Source: Acidimicrobiia bacterium
GTDB taxonomy: Bacteria; Actinomycetota; Acidimicrobiia; Spongiisociales; JAENVV01
Assembly (NCBI GenBank): GCA_041628225.1
Contig: JBFKPQ010000001.1
Coordinates: 85,597 to 149,596, forward strand
DNA length: 64,000 nucleotides
Reading direction: 5' to 3'
Positions within the stretch are counted from its first letter, which is position 1; every line of letters starts with the position of its first letter. Both the position numbers and the translations under genes were made by a program. Below, piece after piece: positions 38,412 to 48,982 of the stretch. The notes under the pieces were generated by a model that worked only from the letters and a program-made list of their open reading frames with translations, was not told the DNA's origin and did not search any database.

Positions 38412-40235
38412 ATGGCTCCCTCCTTTCGGAACGTCGCTCTGATCGCGCACGTCGACCATGGCAAGACGACCCTCGTCGACGCCATGCTCGGCGCAACCGG
38501 CGTGTTCGCCGATCATCAGGCGCGTGTCGACCGCGTCATGGATTCGAACGACCAAGAGCGCGAGCGAGGTATCACGATTCTCGCCAAGGCGGCATCCGTC
38601 GAGTGGAGGGGAACGAGGATCAATCTCGTGGACACGCCGGGCCACGCCGATTTCGGCGGCGAGGTCGAGCGAGCTCTGGCGCTCGTCGACGGCGTCTTGC
38701 TCTTGGTCGACGCCGCCGAAGGCCCGATGCCGCAGACCCGCTACGTGCTCTCGAAAGCTCTGGCTCGCCATCTCCCCGCGGTCGTCGTCATCAACAAGGT
38801 CGATCGGGCCGACGCCCGACCCGACGCGGTGATCGATGAGATCTACGAGTTGTTCTTCGACCTCGACGCCGACGATCACCACATCGAGTTTCCGATCGTG
38901 TCCGCCATCGCCAGAGAAGGCCGCGCCCTGGCGGGAATCGGCATCCCCGACGCGGACGCCGACTTGGCGCCGCTCCTCGATGCCATCGTGGAGACGTTGC
39001 CCGCCCCGGGGGGCGACCCGACGGCGCCGCTCCAAGCGATCGTCACCAACCTCGACGCCTCCGACTATCTCGGTCGCCTGGCCATCGGCCGGGTCGTCAA
39101 CGGGACCCTGCAGAAGGGTGACCAGGTTGCTCTGCTCGGTGTGCGTGAAGAGGCCCCGATCAAACGGAGGCTCACCCAGCTCCTGGGCTTCGCCGGCCTC
39201 GGCCGAGAAGAGGTCGGAGAACGCGCCGCTGGAGATCTGTTCGTCGTCGCCGGATTTCCTGAAGTGGAGATCGGTGACACGATCGCCGATCCGAACCACC
39301 TGGAGCCACTGCCGCGCCTCGAAGTGGATGAGCCGGTGTTGCGCATGACGTTCGGCGTCAACACCTCGCCGATGGCCGGTCGGGCAGGCACGTTTCTGAC
39401 CTCCCGACAGATCAGGCAACGACTGGAACGCGAAGTCCTCGGCAACGTCTCCATTCGGATCGCCGAGACATCATCTCCCGAGATCATCGAGGTGGCCGGC
39501 CGGGGCGAGCTCCAGTTGGCTGTCCTCATCGAATCGATGCGACGAGAAGGCTACGAACTCCAGGTGAGCCGCCCGGAGGTGATTTTGCGTGAGATCGACG
39601 GCGCTCCCCATGAGCCCATGGAGCGGGCGGTGGTCGACGTACCGGACGAGTATGTCGGCGTCGTGACCCAGACCGCCGCTCCCCGCCGCGGCACGATCGT
39701 CGACATGCGGCCCGGCGATGCCGGTCGCACCGTCATCACCCTGACGGCGCCCGCCCGAGGCCTGCTCGGATTCCGCTCCCTCCTGATGACGGCGACCCGC
39801 GGCACCGCCATGGTGCATCAGCATTTCGACGGATGGATGCCGTGGGCCGGCGACCTGCCGCACCGCCAGGGCGGCGCCATGATCGCCGATCGCTTTGGCG
39901 CCGTCACGGCCTTTGCCCTCGACAATCTCCAAAAGCGCGGCGAACTGTTCGTGCATCCCGGCGACGAGGTATACGAAGGCATGGTGATCGGCGAGGTGTC
40001 GCGCGACGAGCAGATGGTCGTCAACGCCACGAAGGGCAAGCAGTTGACGAACATCCGAACGCACGCCTCGGACGAGGCCATCAAGCTGAAACCGCCGAGG
40101 GAGATCACGCTCGAGATGGCGATCGAGTGGATCGCCGACGACGAGTTGGTCGAGGTGACGCCCGACGCAATTCGGATCCGCAAGCGGTATCTCGCCGAAC
40201 ACGAACGCAAGATCGCCGCCAAGGCCGGCCGGTAG
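38412..40235 (+). CDS. typA: Translational GTPase BipA/TypA
   Basis: [37 protein letters not shown]. About 607 aa. ATG chosen to give the usual 6-residue lead before the G1 motif; alternative ATG at 38400. Confidence 0.9.
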   Translation: MAPSFRNVALIAHVDHGKTTLVDAMLGATGVFADHQARVDRVMDSNDQERERGITILAKAASVEWRGTRINLVDTPGHADFGGEVERALALVDGVLLLVDAAEGPMPQTRYVLSKALARHLPAVVVINKVDRADARPDAVIDEIYELFFDLDADDHHIEFPIVSAIAREGRALAGIGIPDADADLAPLLDAIVETLPAPGGDPTAPLQAIVTNLDASDYLGRLAIGRVVNGTLQKGDQVALLGVREEAPIKRRLTQLLGFAGLGREEVGERAAGDLFVVAGFPEVEIGDTIADPNHLEPLPRLEVDEPVLRMTFGVNTSPMAGRAGTFLTSRQIRQRLEREVLGNVSIRIAETSSPEIIEVAGRGELQLAVLIESMRREGYELQVSRPEVILREIDGAPHEPMERAVVDVPDEYVGVVTQTAAPRRGTIVDMRPGDAGRTVITLTAPARGLLGFRSLLMTATRGTAMVHQHFDGWMPWAGDLPHRQGGAMIADRFGAVTAFALDNLQKRGELFVHPGDEVYEGMVIGEVSRDEQMVVNATKGKQLTNIRTHASDEAIKLKPPREITLEMAIEWIADDELVEVTPDAIRIRKRYLAEHERKIAAKAGR

Positions 40236-40265
40236 CCGCCCACCTCTGGCACACTGTAGAGTTCC

Positions 40266-41432
40266 ATGCTCGCCGGTCTCTTCTTCACCTACGGATTCGT
40301 CACCGTCGTCTCGACCGTGAACGCCCTGCGCAAGCCGGTACCACCGACCGCCAAGCTCCCACCGTTGTGGTTGCCGGCCATGCTCGTCGCCGAACTGGCG
40401 CCGTACATCGTCCTGAGCCGCGGGGCGCTGGCATCGTTGTTCGTTTGGACCGGTGGCTTGACCACGTTCGTGGGCCGGGCCGGAGTTGTGCTCGTCGGGG
40501 TGAGCCTCGTCGGGATGATTCCGGTGTCCATTCGCAACGAACGGGCCGTTCGTCTCTTGGGTGGCCGCGCCGCCGATACCGACCTGGTGCAGCGGCTGAT
40601 CGATTGGTTCGACCGGCGTCCACGTCCGGTTCCCGAGGGCGTCGAACTCGACTGTGGCCTCGAGTATGCGCCCGGACTCACCGTGGATCTGTACCGACCG
40701 ACTTCGAGCGGCAGCAACCGGCCCATGTTCCTCTACCTGCACGGTGGGTCGTGGACCGGCGGTGACCCGCACCGGCAGGCGCGCACGTTGTTTCATCAAC
40801 TCGCCCGCGAAGGGTGGCTCGTATTGACAGCACGGTATCCGTTGTCGCCGGCGGCCACGTTCCCCGACCATCTCGTCGGTGTGAAGCAAGCCATCGTTTG
40901 GGCGAAGCAGCATGCGCCCGCCCTGGGCGGCGATCCAGGACGGCTCGTCATCGGCGGCGGAAGCGCCGGAGGGCACCTCGCCGCTCTGGCGGCGCTCACC
41001 GCCGGCGATCCGACGTTCCAGCCCGGCTTCGAGACGGCCGACACGTCGGTGCGCGCCTGCGTGCCGATGTATGGCATCTATGACTTCTTGAACCGCCATC
41101 GCACCCGCCACGACTGGCCGGTGATCCCACGTGCGGTCATGAAGGCAACACCCGAACAAGACCCGGGTCGCTATGCAGCCGCATCGCCGCTCGATCAGAT
41201 CTCGGTCGATGCACCCGCCTTTGTGGTCGTGCACGGGTCCTACGATTCCCTCGTCCCCCCCGACGAGGCCCACCACTTCGTCGATGCGCTCCGCGCCACG
41301 TCCCGCCGCGCAGTGCACTACCTCGAGGTCTTCGCCGCCCAGCACGGATTCGATGCGGTGGCCTCCCCGCGCACCAGGGCGATGGCGGTCGCGGTCGCCC
41401 GGCGACTCGAAATCGTGCTCCAGTCGGCCTGA
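40266..41432 (+). CDS. Alpha/beta-hydrolase fold esterase/lipase with N-terminal membrane anchor
   Basis: HGGSW oxyanion-hole motif, nucleophile elbow GGSAGG, catalytic His near the C-terminus. Two N-terminal TM helices. Confidence 0.8.
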   Translation: MLAGLFFTYGFVTVVSTVNALRKPVPPTAKLPPLWLPAMLVAELAPYIVLSRGALASLFVWTGGLTTFVGRAGVVLVGVSLVGMIPVSIRNERAVRLLGGRAADTDLVQRLIDWFDRRPRPVPEGVELDCGLEYAPGLTVDLYRPTSSGSNRPMFLYLHGGSWTGGDPHRQARTLFHQLAREGWLVLTARYPLSPAATFPDHLVGVKQAIVWAKQHAPALGGDPGRLVIGGGSAGGHLAALAALTAGDPTFQPGFETADTSVRACVPMYGIYDFLNRHRTRHDWPVIPRAVMKATPEQDPGRYAAASPLDQISVDAPAFVVVHGSYDSLVPPDEAHHFVDALRATSRRAVHYLEVFAAQHGFDAVASPRTRAMAVAVARRLEIVLQSA

Positions 41433-41464
41433 GCCTCGACCCGAGGGCGGTAACGTGGGCCGCC

Positions 41465-43126
41465 ATGAGCATCCTCCAGGAGACGTCGTCGGGAATCGAC
41501 ATGTTCGTTCTGCTGACGGCGCTGTTCGGCGGCCTGGCCATCTTCCTGCTCGGCATGGACCGGATGACGGATGCGCTGCGAGTGGTGGCCGGCGATCGCC
41601 TTCGCTCGATCCTGCACCGGTTGACCTCGAATCCGTTCATGGGCATGCTCACGGGTGCCGGGGTCACCGCCGTGATCCAATCCTCATCGGTGACGACGGT
41701 GCTCGTCGTTGGGTTCATCACGTCCGAGCTCATGACGGTCACCCAGTCGGTGGGCGTCATCATCGGTGCCAACGTCGGAACGACGGTCACCGCACAGATC
41801 ATCTCGTTCAACGTCACGCGGTACGCACTCTTGCTCGTCGCCATCGGATTCGGCGTGTCGTTCTTTGCGAAACGGGACGATCGCAGAGCACAAGGAGCCG
41901 TGCTCATGGGTCTCGGTCTCGTGTTCTTCGGCATGGGCGTGATGGGCGATGCGATGCGGCCCCTTCGTACGCACGAACCCTTCATCGACGCCATGGCGGC
42001 CATGGCGAATCCGCTCATCGGCATCGCCGTGGCGGCGCTCTTCACCGCACTGGTCCAGTCGTCATCGGCCACGACGGGGCTCGTCATCGTCCTGGCGATC
42101 CAGGGGCTCATCAGCCTCGAGGCGGGTATCGCACTCGTGTTCGGCGCCAACATCGGAACCTCCGTGACGGCGCTCCTCGCCGCCATCGGCAAACCGAGGG
42201 ACGCGCTTCGCGCGGGCGTCGTCCACACGCTCTTCAACGTGGTCGGCGTCGTCGTGTGGCTGCCTTTCATTGGTGTGCTGGCGCGGCTCGTGGAGAACTT
42301 GGGCGGCGACGTGGCCCGCCAGGTCGCCAACGCTCACACGACCTTCAACGTCATCAATGCCCTGCTGTTCATCGGCTTCACCCGCCAGCTCGCCGATCTC
42401 GCCATGCGCCTCGTGCCGTCCCGTCCCGAGGCCGAAGAGACCGCCATCCGCGCCAAGTACCTCGACCGCGAACTGTTGCGGACCCCGTCGCTTGCTCTGG
42501 ACCGTGCGCGGCTCGAGCTGCTGCGGATGGCCGACCGAGTCCGCACGATGCTGGCCGACATCCTGCCCGCTCTCCTCGACGGTCCGCGCGCCGCCTTGGC
42601 AGATGTCGAGGAGCTCGACGACGAGGTCGATACGCTGCACGGCCACATCATCACGTACCTCGGGCAGATCTCGAAGCGATCGCTGGGCGAGCGCGACACC
42701 GATGAGCTGATCGGGCTCATGGAGGCAACGAACAACCTCGAGGCGATCGGCGACATCATCGAGACAAACCTCGTCTCCCTGGGCTACGGCCGAATCGAGG
42801 GCGCGATCTCGGTCTCGGTGGACACCCGCGAGGTGCTGACCGAGCTCCATGGGGCGGTCAGCGAGGCGTATGACCTGGCCATGCTCGCGGTGACCCAACG
42901 CAACCAAGAAGCGGCCCGTCAGGTATCGGCGATGAAGAAGCAGGTCAACTCCCTCCAGCGGTCGGCCGCCGCACACCAGGCGACGCGTCTGGTGGCGGAC
43001 GCTCCCCAACGCGTCGAGGCCTACCGGTTCGAAATCGACGTGATCGCCAATCTGCACCGGATCTTCTACTTCTCGCGTCGAACGGCGCGCGCCGCGGTGG
43101 CGGTCGAGGAACAGGCGCGCAGCTAG
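41465..43126 (+). CDS. Na+/phosphate symporter (NptA-like) with C-terminal PhoU-like domain
   Basis: Duplicated Na_Pi_cotrans repeats (GANVGTTVTA.. / GANIGTSVTA..), then a helical PhoU-like region. Confidence 0.85.
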   Translation: MSILQETSSGIDMFVLLTALFGGLAIFLLGMDRMTDALRVVAGDRLRSILHRLTSNPFMGMLTGAGVTAVIQSSSVTTVLVVGFITSELMTVTQSVGVIIGANVGTTVTAQIISFNVTRYALLLVAIGFGVSFFAKRDDRRAQGAVLMGLGLVFFGMGVMGDAMRPLRTHEPFIDAMAAMANPLIGIAVAALFTALVQSSSATTGLVIVLAIQGLISLEAGIALVFGANIGTSVTALLAAIGKPRDALRAGVVHTLFNVVGVVVWLPFIGVLARLVENLGGDVARQVANAHTTFNVINALLFIGFTRQLADLAMRLVPSRPEAEETAIRAKYLDRELLRTPSLALDRARLELLRMADRVRTMLADILPALLDGPRAALADVEELDDEVDTLHGHIITYLGQISKRSLGERDTDELIGLMEATNNLEAIGDIIETNLVSLGYGRIEGAISVSVDTREVLTELHGAVSEAYDLAMLAVTQRNQEAARQVSAMKKQVNSLQRSAAAHQATRLVADAPQRVEAYRFEIDVIANLHRIFYFSRRTARAAVAVEEQARS

Positions 43127-43866
43127 CGGCGGTGCAGATGCACGTCCCGAACGGTGACGGCGTACGCGTCTCCGGCGTGATTTCCGTCGAGTTGGATGGC
43201 AACGGCGACGATCGGTGCGATGCCTCCGGCCGGAACCGAGCCGACGTCGAGTCTGGTCCGGTGCGTCGCTCCGTCGATGGTGAAACTCCGCAATTCGGTG
43301 CCGCGCTTGGTCACGCGACCCTGGAGTTCGAGGCGGTGGCTGCCGGGCGTGAGCGGCGCCGGGATGCCCAGTGACATCCATCCGCCTGCCGGATCCCAGT
43401 ACCTCCACTCCGGTCCGTTGGGGCCGACGTTGGTCCACTGGATGGCCCATTCGTGCCGGCGCTGACCATCCCACGCACTGACGACGAACTCGATCGCCTG
43501 GACGACCGATGGTGCACCCTGATTGGCGAGGGTCGTTTCCGGCAGATCGAATTCGAGCTCGAGCATGTAGGTGGAGTCGGGGCTCTGGAAAGTCAGGTGG
43601 CGATAGAAGTGCACGTTGGCGTACGGGTCACCGCCGCCGACCAGGGTGAGTCCCTCTGGGCCGGCCGAGCGTGACCACGACGCCGATCCTTCGCAGTAGG
43701 CGCCCCAAGCCTCGGCGATCGCTTCGAGCTGGGTCCCGCTCTCGGCCGGGGTCACGACCGGACCCGCATCGCACGAGTTGGCCTGGACGACGAGGGTGGG
43801 CACGCACGCCATGAACCCCAGGGACAGCGCGGCTGTCCACCGAAGGTGCCTCCCAAACCCTTCCAT
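43123..43866 (-). CDS. Secreted hypothetical protein
   Basis: N-terminal signal peptide (RHLRWTAALSLGFMACVPTLVVQA). 247 aa, Trp-rich. No recognisable motif. Stop overlaps the NaPi stop (convergent). Confidence 0.55.
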   Translation of the reverse strand: MEGFGRHLRWTAALSLGFMACVPTLVVQANSCDAGPVVTPAESGTQLEAIAEAWGAYCEGSASWSRSAGPEGLTLVGGGDPYANVHFYRHLTFQSPDSTYMLELEFDLPETTLANQGAPSVVQAIEFVVSAWDGQRRHEWAIQWTNVGPNGPEWRYWDPAGGWMSLGIPAPLTPGSHRLELQGRVTKRGTELRSFTIDGATHRTRLDVGSVPAGGIAPIVAVAIQLDGNHAGDAYAVTVRDVHLHRR

Positions 43867-43934
43867 ACCCTGACGTTACTCACCGCGGTCGCGTCACAAG
43901 CGTTTGGCTGCTCGCGAGGGGTGGCATCTCTACG

Positions 43935-44690
43935 ATGGCGGTCATGATCCAGCTCGAGGTCGTCGGGTCCGTCGCAACGTTGCGCCTCGACGACCCGGCG
44001 CGGTTGAATGCGCTCGGCACGGACATGCTCGGAGCCATCATCGACGCATGTGATGCGCTCGCTTCGGAGGTGCGAGTCCTCGTCGTTGCCGGGGTCGGTA
44101 GGGCTTTCACCGCGGGAGCCGATCTGGCCGTGTTCGAGAGACATCTCAGTGCTGCGGAGGCCGATCTCGGGTGGCGGATGGCGGATGCCGTCGAGTCGGT
44201 GGCCGCCATCACCATCGCTCAGATTCATGGCGCGTGCGTGGGCGGCGGTGTCGTGCTGGCCGCCGCCTGTGATCTGCGGGTCGCAGCACTCGACACGTAT
44301 TTCTCGATACCGGAGATCGATCTCGGTATCCCTCTCGCCTGGGGTGGGATCCCGCGCCTGCTGCGAGAGTTCCCCCCGGCCGTGGCGCGCGACCTCGTGC
44401 TGACCGGACGGCAGTTCTCGGCTTCCGAAGCCACCGGGTTCGGGTTCCTCAACGCCGTGGTGCCGGCCGAGGAACTCGACCAGCACGTCAGGGAGTATGC
44501 GGCCGGATTGGCGGCCAAACCGGCGGCGGTGCTCGCCGCCAACAAACGCGGGTTTGCCGCGGCGCTGGCAGCCACACGGGGCCGGCCGTGGGAGGACGCC
44601 CACAGGCTGCTGGAAGCCTTGTCCGACCCCGAATCACGGGAGGCGGCGTCGGCCTACCTGGCGAGACTTCGTAGCCGCGACGGCGGATGA
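43935..44690 (+). CDS. Enoyl-CoA hydratase/isomerase (crotonase family)
   Basis: AGVGRAFTAGADL oxyanion-hole motif, QIHGACVGGG, 251 aa. Confidence 0.85.
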   Translation: MAVMIQLEVVGSVATLRLDDPARLNALGTDMLGAIIDACDALASEVRVLVVAGVGRAFTAGADLAVFERHLSAAEADLGWRMADAVESVAAITIAQIHGACVGGGVVLAAACDLRVAALDTYFSIPEIDLGIPLAWGGIPRLLREFPPAVARDLVLTGRQFSASEATGFGFLNAVVPAEELDQHVREYAAGLAAKPAAVLAANKRGFAAALAATRGRPWEDAHRLLEALSDPESREAASAYLARLRSRDGG

Positions 44691-46783
44691 GCCGTCAGGA
44701 TCGCGTCGAGGGTCTCCTCGATGTCATGTTTGCGTTCCGGTGAGAGGTCGGCCGTCCCGAACGCGGCATCGTCGATGGCCGCGGCGACTCCGACAAGCCT
44801 CTCGTCCGGGATCGGCCCGGCAACGAGGGCGTGCACGAACTCGACGGTCGTTTCGGCCGTGTCTCTGGGACGCCCACGCACCAGCCCGGCGTCGGCGAGC
44901 AATTCGTTCATGGCCTCGTCCCACGATTGGCCTCGGCGTCGTCGGCGTTGCTCGAGCAGGCGGCCGGCGATCGAGACGAGGACGAGGGTGACCCCGCCGA
45001 CGAGGGCAACCCGGAGCGCCCACGCAAGGGTCGAAGCGATCCGCGGCAGACGCGTCGACAGGTAGTCGAGGACGCCCGCTCCGGCGGTCGTCGGTGGCTC
45101 GGCATCCCCCGACAGCGGCACGGCAGCCGTGGGGTCGAACCCTTGCCATCCGATCCCCGGGAACCAGACCTCCGCCCACGAATGGGCATCGCTGGCCTTG
45201 ACGTCGAAGAGACCCGTAAAGGGGTTTCTGTCACCGGGCACGTACCCGACGACGAGGCGGGCCGGTATCCCCTGTGACCGGAGCATCACCACGAGGCTCG
45301 AGCCGATCTGCTCACAGAAGCCTTGTTGCGTCTCGAAGAGGTAATGCTCCACGGCATCGGCCCCCGGCGGCAGTGGCGGGATGTCGAGGCTGTACGTCGT
45401 ATTCGCCGCCATCCACGCCTCCAGCGCCCGGATCTTGTCGTAGGTCGTCGGGGCCGATGCGGTGACGGTCCGGGCCAGTTCGACGACGTTGTCGGGGACG
45501 TCGGGGAGCTGCAGGTATCGATCGGCGATGTCGTCGGGGACGCCGTGAACGAGCGGATCAGCCGCCCGGAGTGCCGTCTCGGTGACGTGTGGTCGATGGC
45601 TGACCACGGTGTACACCGTTTCCGAACCGAGTTCGACGCCCGAGCGCAAGGTGCCGTCGGTGAGCTGGAACAGAAACCGTTCGGGGAAATAGACGTCCGT
45701 GATTCGGTAGGCGCCGAACACGACATTGGGGCCGACCGCCTCGAGGTAGAAGGTCTGGATGAACTCCTCTCCGAAGGGTCGGTCGTCGCCCAACGTGGGC
45801 CGCGTCCTGATGGGAGTGTTACCGCCCACGACCGTCGCCTCATCGTCTGACAGGGTCCACGTTCGCCCGTCCCAGGTGTCGAAGGTCTGTCCACGCCAGA
45901 AGGCCGGCGCGGGTGCGCGCACCCGCATCACCAACTGGTCGTTGGGCCGTCCGCGCAGACTGGTGTCGAGCTGTTCGGCGAACCCGAAGTAGCCGAACGC
46001 GGCTCGGTTCGACCCATCCGAACCGGTTCCGGATTGGCCGCCGTTGCCGAGGCTGGGGTTCGAGAAGCCGCCGGGATTGGGGAGGGGGATCGACGACGGG
46101 AGGTTCATGGGGAAGGTGAACGCTCGACTCGACCGGGCGGCCGGCAAGACGAAGAACAGGATCATGCCTGCGATCACGACCATCGTGACGAGCCGTGCCA
46201 CGGAGCCGGTCACACCGGCCGTGAGCGGCGCCGGGTTCGTCTCGAGCGCGGGGGCGTCGGTCAATTGGCTCCGGTAGGCGAGGGTGAGGCTGAGCACGAG
46301 ACCGACGGCCCACAAGGCCATCCAGATGCCGAGGAGCGGCGAGACGGACAGCGCGGCGGTGATCGACAGCATGGCCCCCGAGGACGCGAGGCTGAACATG
46401 AGATCTCGTCGGGCCGGGACATGCAACGAGTGGAGCACCTGTACCCACACGAACAGTTCGGCGAGCGGGACCTGGACGTTGACGAACCCGGCCTGGGCGG
46501 CGGCGGCCAGATCCCCGACGAAGGCGATCAGGGCGGCTACGAGTCCGATCGCCAGAAAGCCTTTCAGGACGAGCGCGTCGGAGAAGCGCTGCGCGTACGA
46601 CAGCGCAAACCCGGCGGGGACGCCCACGAGTGCCGCAGCGGCGGGAGCCGTGCCGACGATGTCTTCGGCCAGCAGGGCGACGACTGCCACCATGACCGTG
46701 GCGCCCACGGCGACGCGAAGGGCGACCGAGGGTTCGGGATCGATGGCGCGGTTGGCGTCCTTGATGGCCGACCAGACGCTCAC
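44654..46783 (-). CDS. Transglutaminase-domain membrane protein (TgpA-like, DUF3488 plus transglutaminase core)
   Basis: Several N-terminal TM helices, then the transglutaminase core GFCEQIGSSLVVMLRSQGIPARLVVGY ... DAHSWAEVWFPGIGWQGFDPT (Cys-His-Asp). GTG start at residue 274 of ORF 44654..47602, overlapping the DUF58 stop. Upstream ORF text is Arg-rich wrong frame. Confidence 0.8.
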   Translation of the reverse strand: MSVWSAIKDANRAIDPEPSVALRVAVGATVMVAVVALLAEDIVGTAPAAAALVGVPAGFALSYAQRFSDALVLKGFLAIGLVAALIAFVGDLAAAAQAGFVNVQVPLAELFVWVQVLHSLHVPARRDLMFSLASSGAMLSITAALSVSPLLGIWMALWAVGLVLSLTLAYRSQLTDAPALETNPAPLTAGVTGSVARLVTMVVIAGMILFFVLPAARSSRAFTFPMNLPSSIPLPNPGGFSNPSLGNGGQSGTGSDGSNRAAFGYFGFAEQLDTSLRGRPNDQLVMRVRAPAPAFWRGQTFDTWDGRTWTLSDDEATVVGGNTPIRTRPTLGDDRPFGEEFIQTFYLEAVGPNVVFGAYRITDVYFPERFLFQLTDGTLRSGVELGSETVYTVVSHRPHVTETALRAADPLVHGVPDDIADRYLQLPDVPDNVVELARTVTASAPTTYDKIRALEAWMAANTTYSLDIPPLPPGADAVEHYLFETQQGFCEQIGSSLVVMLRSQGIPARLVVGYVPGDRNPFTGLFDVKASDAHSWAEVWFPGIGWQGFDPTAAVPLSGDAEPPTTAGAGVLDYLSTRLPRIASTLAWALRVALVGGVTLVLVSIAGRLLEQRRRRRGQSWDEAMNELLADAGLVRGRPRDTAETTVEFVHALVAGPIPDERLVGVAAAIDDAAFGTADLSPERKHDIEETLDAILTAHPPSRLRSLAR

Positions 46784-47688
46784 GACACGCCCGCCACGAT
46801 CGTGGTGCCGGCTGACTCGGTCGATGCGGGCAGTGGTCCAGGGGTGGCGCGTGCCAGGCGGCGACCCGCCTCGAGCATCGAGCCGACGAATCCGGCGTGG
46901 GGTCCGCCCGCCTCTGCCGTGTGGAGCGCAACGGGCCGACCCGCAGCCAATCCGGCCTGAACGAGTCCGGCCGCCACGGACGCTCTTCGCTCTGCCTCGT
47001 CGGCGTTCGTGTTCAGGTCCACCCGCACGGTCAAGAGCGGTGCGTCCGGAGATTCGAGTTCCTTCACGATCGGCTGGTCGGACCGGGCCGTTGCCGGCCA
47101 GTGCATGAGCCGAATCGGGTCGCCGACCGAGTACTCCCGCACGGTGCGGACGGTTTCGCCTTGCCCCTGCCGGCTGCCACGATGCTCTTCGCCCGGCCGG
47201 GCGACGGACGGCGCGGCGGGCAGCCGCGCCGGTGTCACGCGCGGCGCCACCTCGATCGGATGCGGGAGCGTCAGTTTGATGCGGCGCGTCGCCCACGCCA
47301 GACCAAACGGTGCACCGCTTCGGACCTCGACGGCCACCTCGTGGAGCAGCCCCCGGCGCTCGGCGATGACCCGCGCGTCGCCCGTTCCGCCCGACGCGCA
47401 CACGGTCGTTCCGGCCGGCTCGACGGAGGTCAGGTGTACGCGGCTTCGGGTTTCGACGCGGAACCTGATGTCGAACGGTCGTCCCGCGAGCGCGTCGGTG
47501 GGCGCGTCGGCGTCGACCGTGACCGCTCGGAGCGAGAAGACGGGGCCCAGAATCCCTACGGCGATCACACCGAGCGACAGCGCCACCAGGACCACGAGCC
47601 ATCCCGAACCCGTCGTTCGGCTCGCCACGAAGAAGGCGAGCGTCAGCAGGATCATCACGACGACGCCCCGAGTCGGCCCGAGTCGCAT
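46780..47688 (-). CDS. DUF58-domain protein (MoxR-associated, vWA-like)
   Basis: Canonical DUF58 block REYSVGDPIRLMHWPATAR. Flanked by MoxR and TgpA as in the conserved actinobacterial triad. Confidence 0.8.
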   Translation of the reverse strand: MRLGPTRGVVVMILLTLAFFVASRTTGSGWLVVLVALSLGVIAVGILGPVFSLRAVTVDADAPTDALAGRPFDIRFRVETRSRVHLTSVEPAGTTVCASGGTGDARVIAERRGLLHEVAVEVRSGAPFGLAWATRRIKLTLPHPIEVAPRVTPARLPAAPSVARPGEEHRGSRQGQGETVRTVREYSVGDPIRLMHWPATARSDQPIVKELESPDAPLLTVRVDLNTNADEAERRASVAAGLVQAGLAAGRPVALHTAEAGGPHAGFVGSMLEAGRRLARATPGPLPASTESAGTTIVAGVS

Positions 47689-47689
47689 C

Positions 47690-48706
47690 TCAGGGGACGC
47701 GGACGGTGGCGAGTACCTCGTCCATCACGGCGCGATTGGCGCGCAGGTCGCCGCCTCCGGACAGGATCAGCCGATGGGCCATCACGGGCCCGGCAACCGC
47801 CTTGACGTCGTCGGGGCTCACGTAGCGAGACCCGCGCACGACGGCATGGCCCCGTGCGACGGCGAGCAGCGCCAAGCTGGCGCGCGGGCTGGCGCCGAGC
47901 GTCACCTCCGGGTGGTTCCGGGTGCCTTCGGCCACGTCGAGTACGTAGTCGGCCACGGCGTGGTCGCAGTGCAGTGTCGCCACCTGCTGGATCGCCTCGT
48001 CGAGTTCGGAGGCGGTCACGACCGCCTCGACGGCAGGAAGATGCGCGGCGCCACCCTGACCCAAGAGGATCTCGCGCTCGGAGCTCCGGCCCGGGAGGCC
48101 GAGTTCGATGATGGCTGCGAACCGGTCGAGTTGTCCTTCGACCAGGGGAAACGTGCCGGCGTGCTCGAAGGGGTTCTGAGTGGCGACGACGAAGAAGGGC
48201 TTCGGTAGGCGATAGGTGGCGCCGTCGACTGAGACCTGTCGCTCAGCCATCGCCTCGAGCATGGCCGCCTGCGTGCGCGGAGTGGCCCGGTTGATCTCGT
48301 CGAACAGCACCACGTTGGCGAAGAGAGGTCCGGGCCGGAACTGCCACTTCTCGGTGGAGCGCGTGTAGACCGACACACCCGTGACGTCGGCCGGCAGCAG
48401 GTCGGGCGTCCCCTGCACACGCCGGAACGACCCTCCCACGGAAGCGGCCATCGATTTGGCGAGCACGGTCTTTCCGACCCCGGGAACGTCCTCGATGAGC
48501 AGGTGTCCGCCCGACAGCAGCACCGAGATGGCGAGACGAATCTGATCGGGCTTCCCGCGGAGCACCGACGACAGGTTCGTGAAGAGGTCCCCGGCCACCC
48601 TCGAACCCAGCGGGGCTCCCTGCCGGAGTGGTTGGGGGGGTGCCGGTTCGGGCGCGGGGGACGGAACAGCGTGCATGGAGTCAGTATCGGCCGACGACGA
48701 AGCCAT
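47690..48706 (-). CDS. MoxR-family AAA+ ATPase
   Basis: Walker A EDVPGVGKTVLA, Walker B VVLFDEINRA, sensor regions. Alternative start at 48676. Confidence 0.9.
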   Translation of the reverse strand: MASSSADTDSMHAVPSPAPEPAPPQPLRQGAPLGSRVAGDLFTNLSSVLRGKPDQIRLAISVLLSGGHLLIEDVPGVGKTVLAKSMAASVGGSFRRVQGTPDLLPADVTGVSVYTRSTEKWQFRPGPLFANVVLFDEINRATPRTQAAMLEAMAERQVSVDGATYRLPKPFFVVATQNPFEHAGTFPLVEGQLDRFAAIIELGLPGRSSEREILLGQGGAAHLPAVEAVVTASELDEAIQQVATLHCDHAVADYVLDVAEGTRNHPEVTLGASPRASLALLAVARGHAVVRGSRYVSPDDVKAVAGPVMAHRLILSGGGDLRANRAVMDEVLATVRVP

Positions 48707-48779
48707 ATTGAGGTCAGTGTGACAGACCCCGGCGCGGTACGTGATCGATCGCGTACACTCCAAGCACAAGCCATCGACC

Positions 48780-48950
48780 CTGGTCGGGAGAGCGCCGCCG
48801 CGAGCGGCCGCCGAAGGAGCAATGTTCCCCGGACAATCTCTCAGGCACCCGGACCGATCAGGAGAGGCAACGCTGGAAAGCAGCCGAAGGGCTCACCGAA
48901 GGGGAAAGCCACCCACGTGGCGAAACTCTCAGGTCCATGACAGTCGGGGC
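48780..48950 (+). ncRNA. Glycine riboswitch (tandem aptamers) in the gcvT leader
   Basis: Aptamer 1: GGGAGAG..CCGCCGAAGGAGCAA..CTCTCAGGCA..GGACCG. Aptamer 2: AGGAGAG..CCGAAGGG..ACCGAAGGGGAAA..CTCTCAGGT..GACAG. Both conserved cores are present about 35-200 nt upstream of the gcvT ATG. Confidence 0.85.
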
Positions 48951-48982
48951 TGCGGCGGCGCGCGCCGAGACGGAGGACTGAC

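Noticed and set aside
39471-43474. Three long minus-strand ORFs (39471..41345, 41137..42330, 42062..43474) over bipA, esterase and NaPi genes
   Set aside because: All antisense to well-supported genes and Arg/Gly/Pro-rich.
44654-47602. Single 982-aa TgpA ORF as given in the track
   Set aside because: Its N-terminal about 273 aa is Arg-rich wrong-frame text overlapping the DUF58 gene (46780..47688), which is itself well supported. Split into DUF58 plus a TgpA-like protein starting at GTG 46783.
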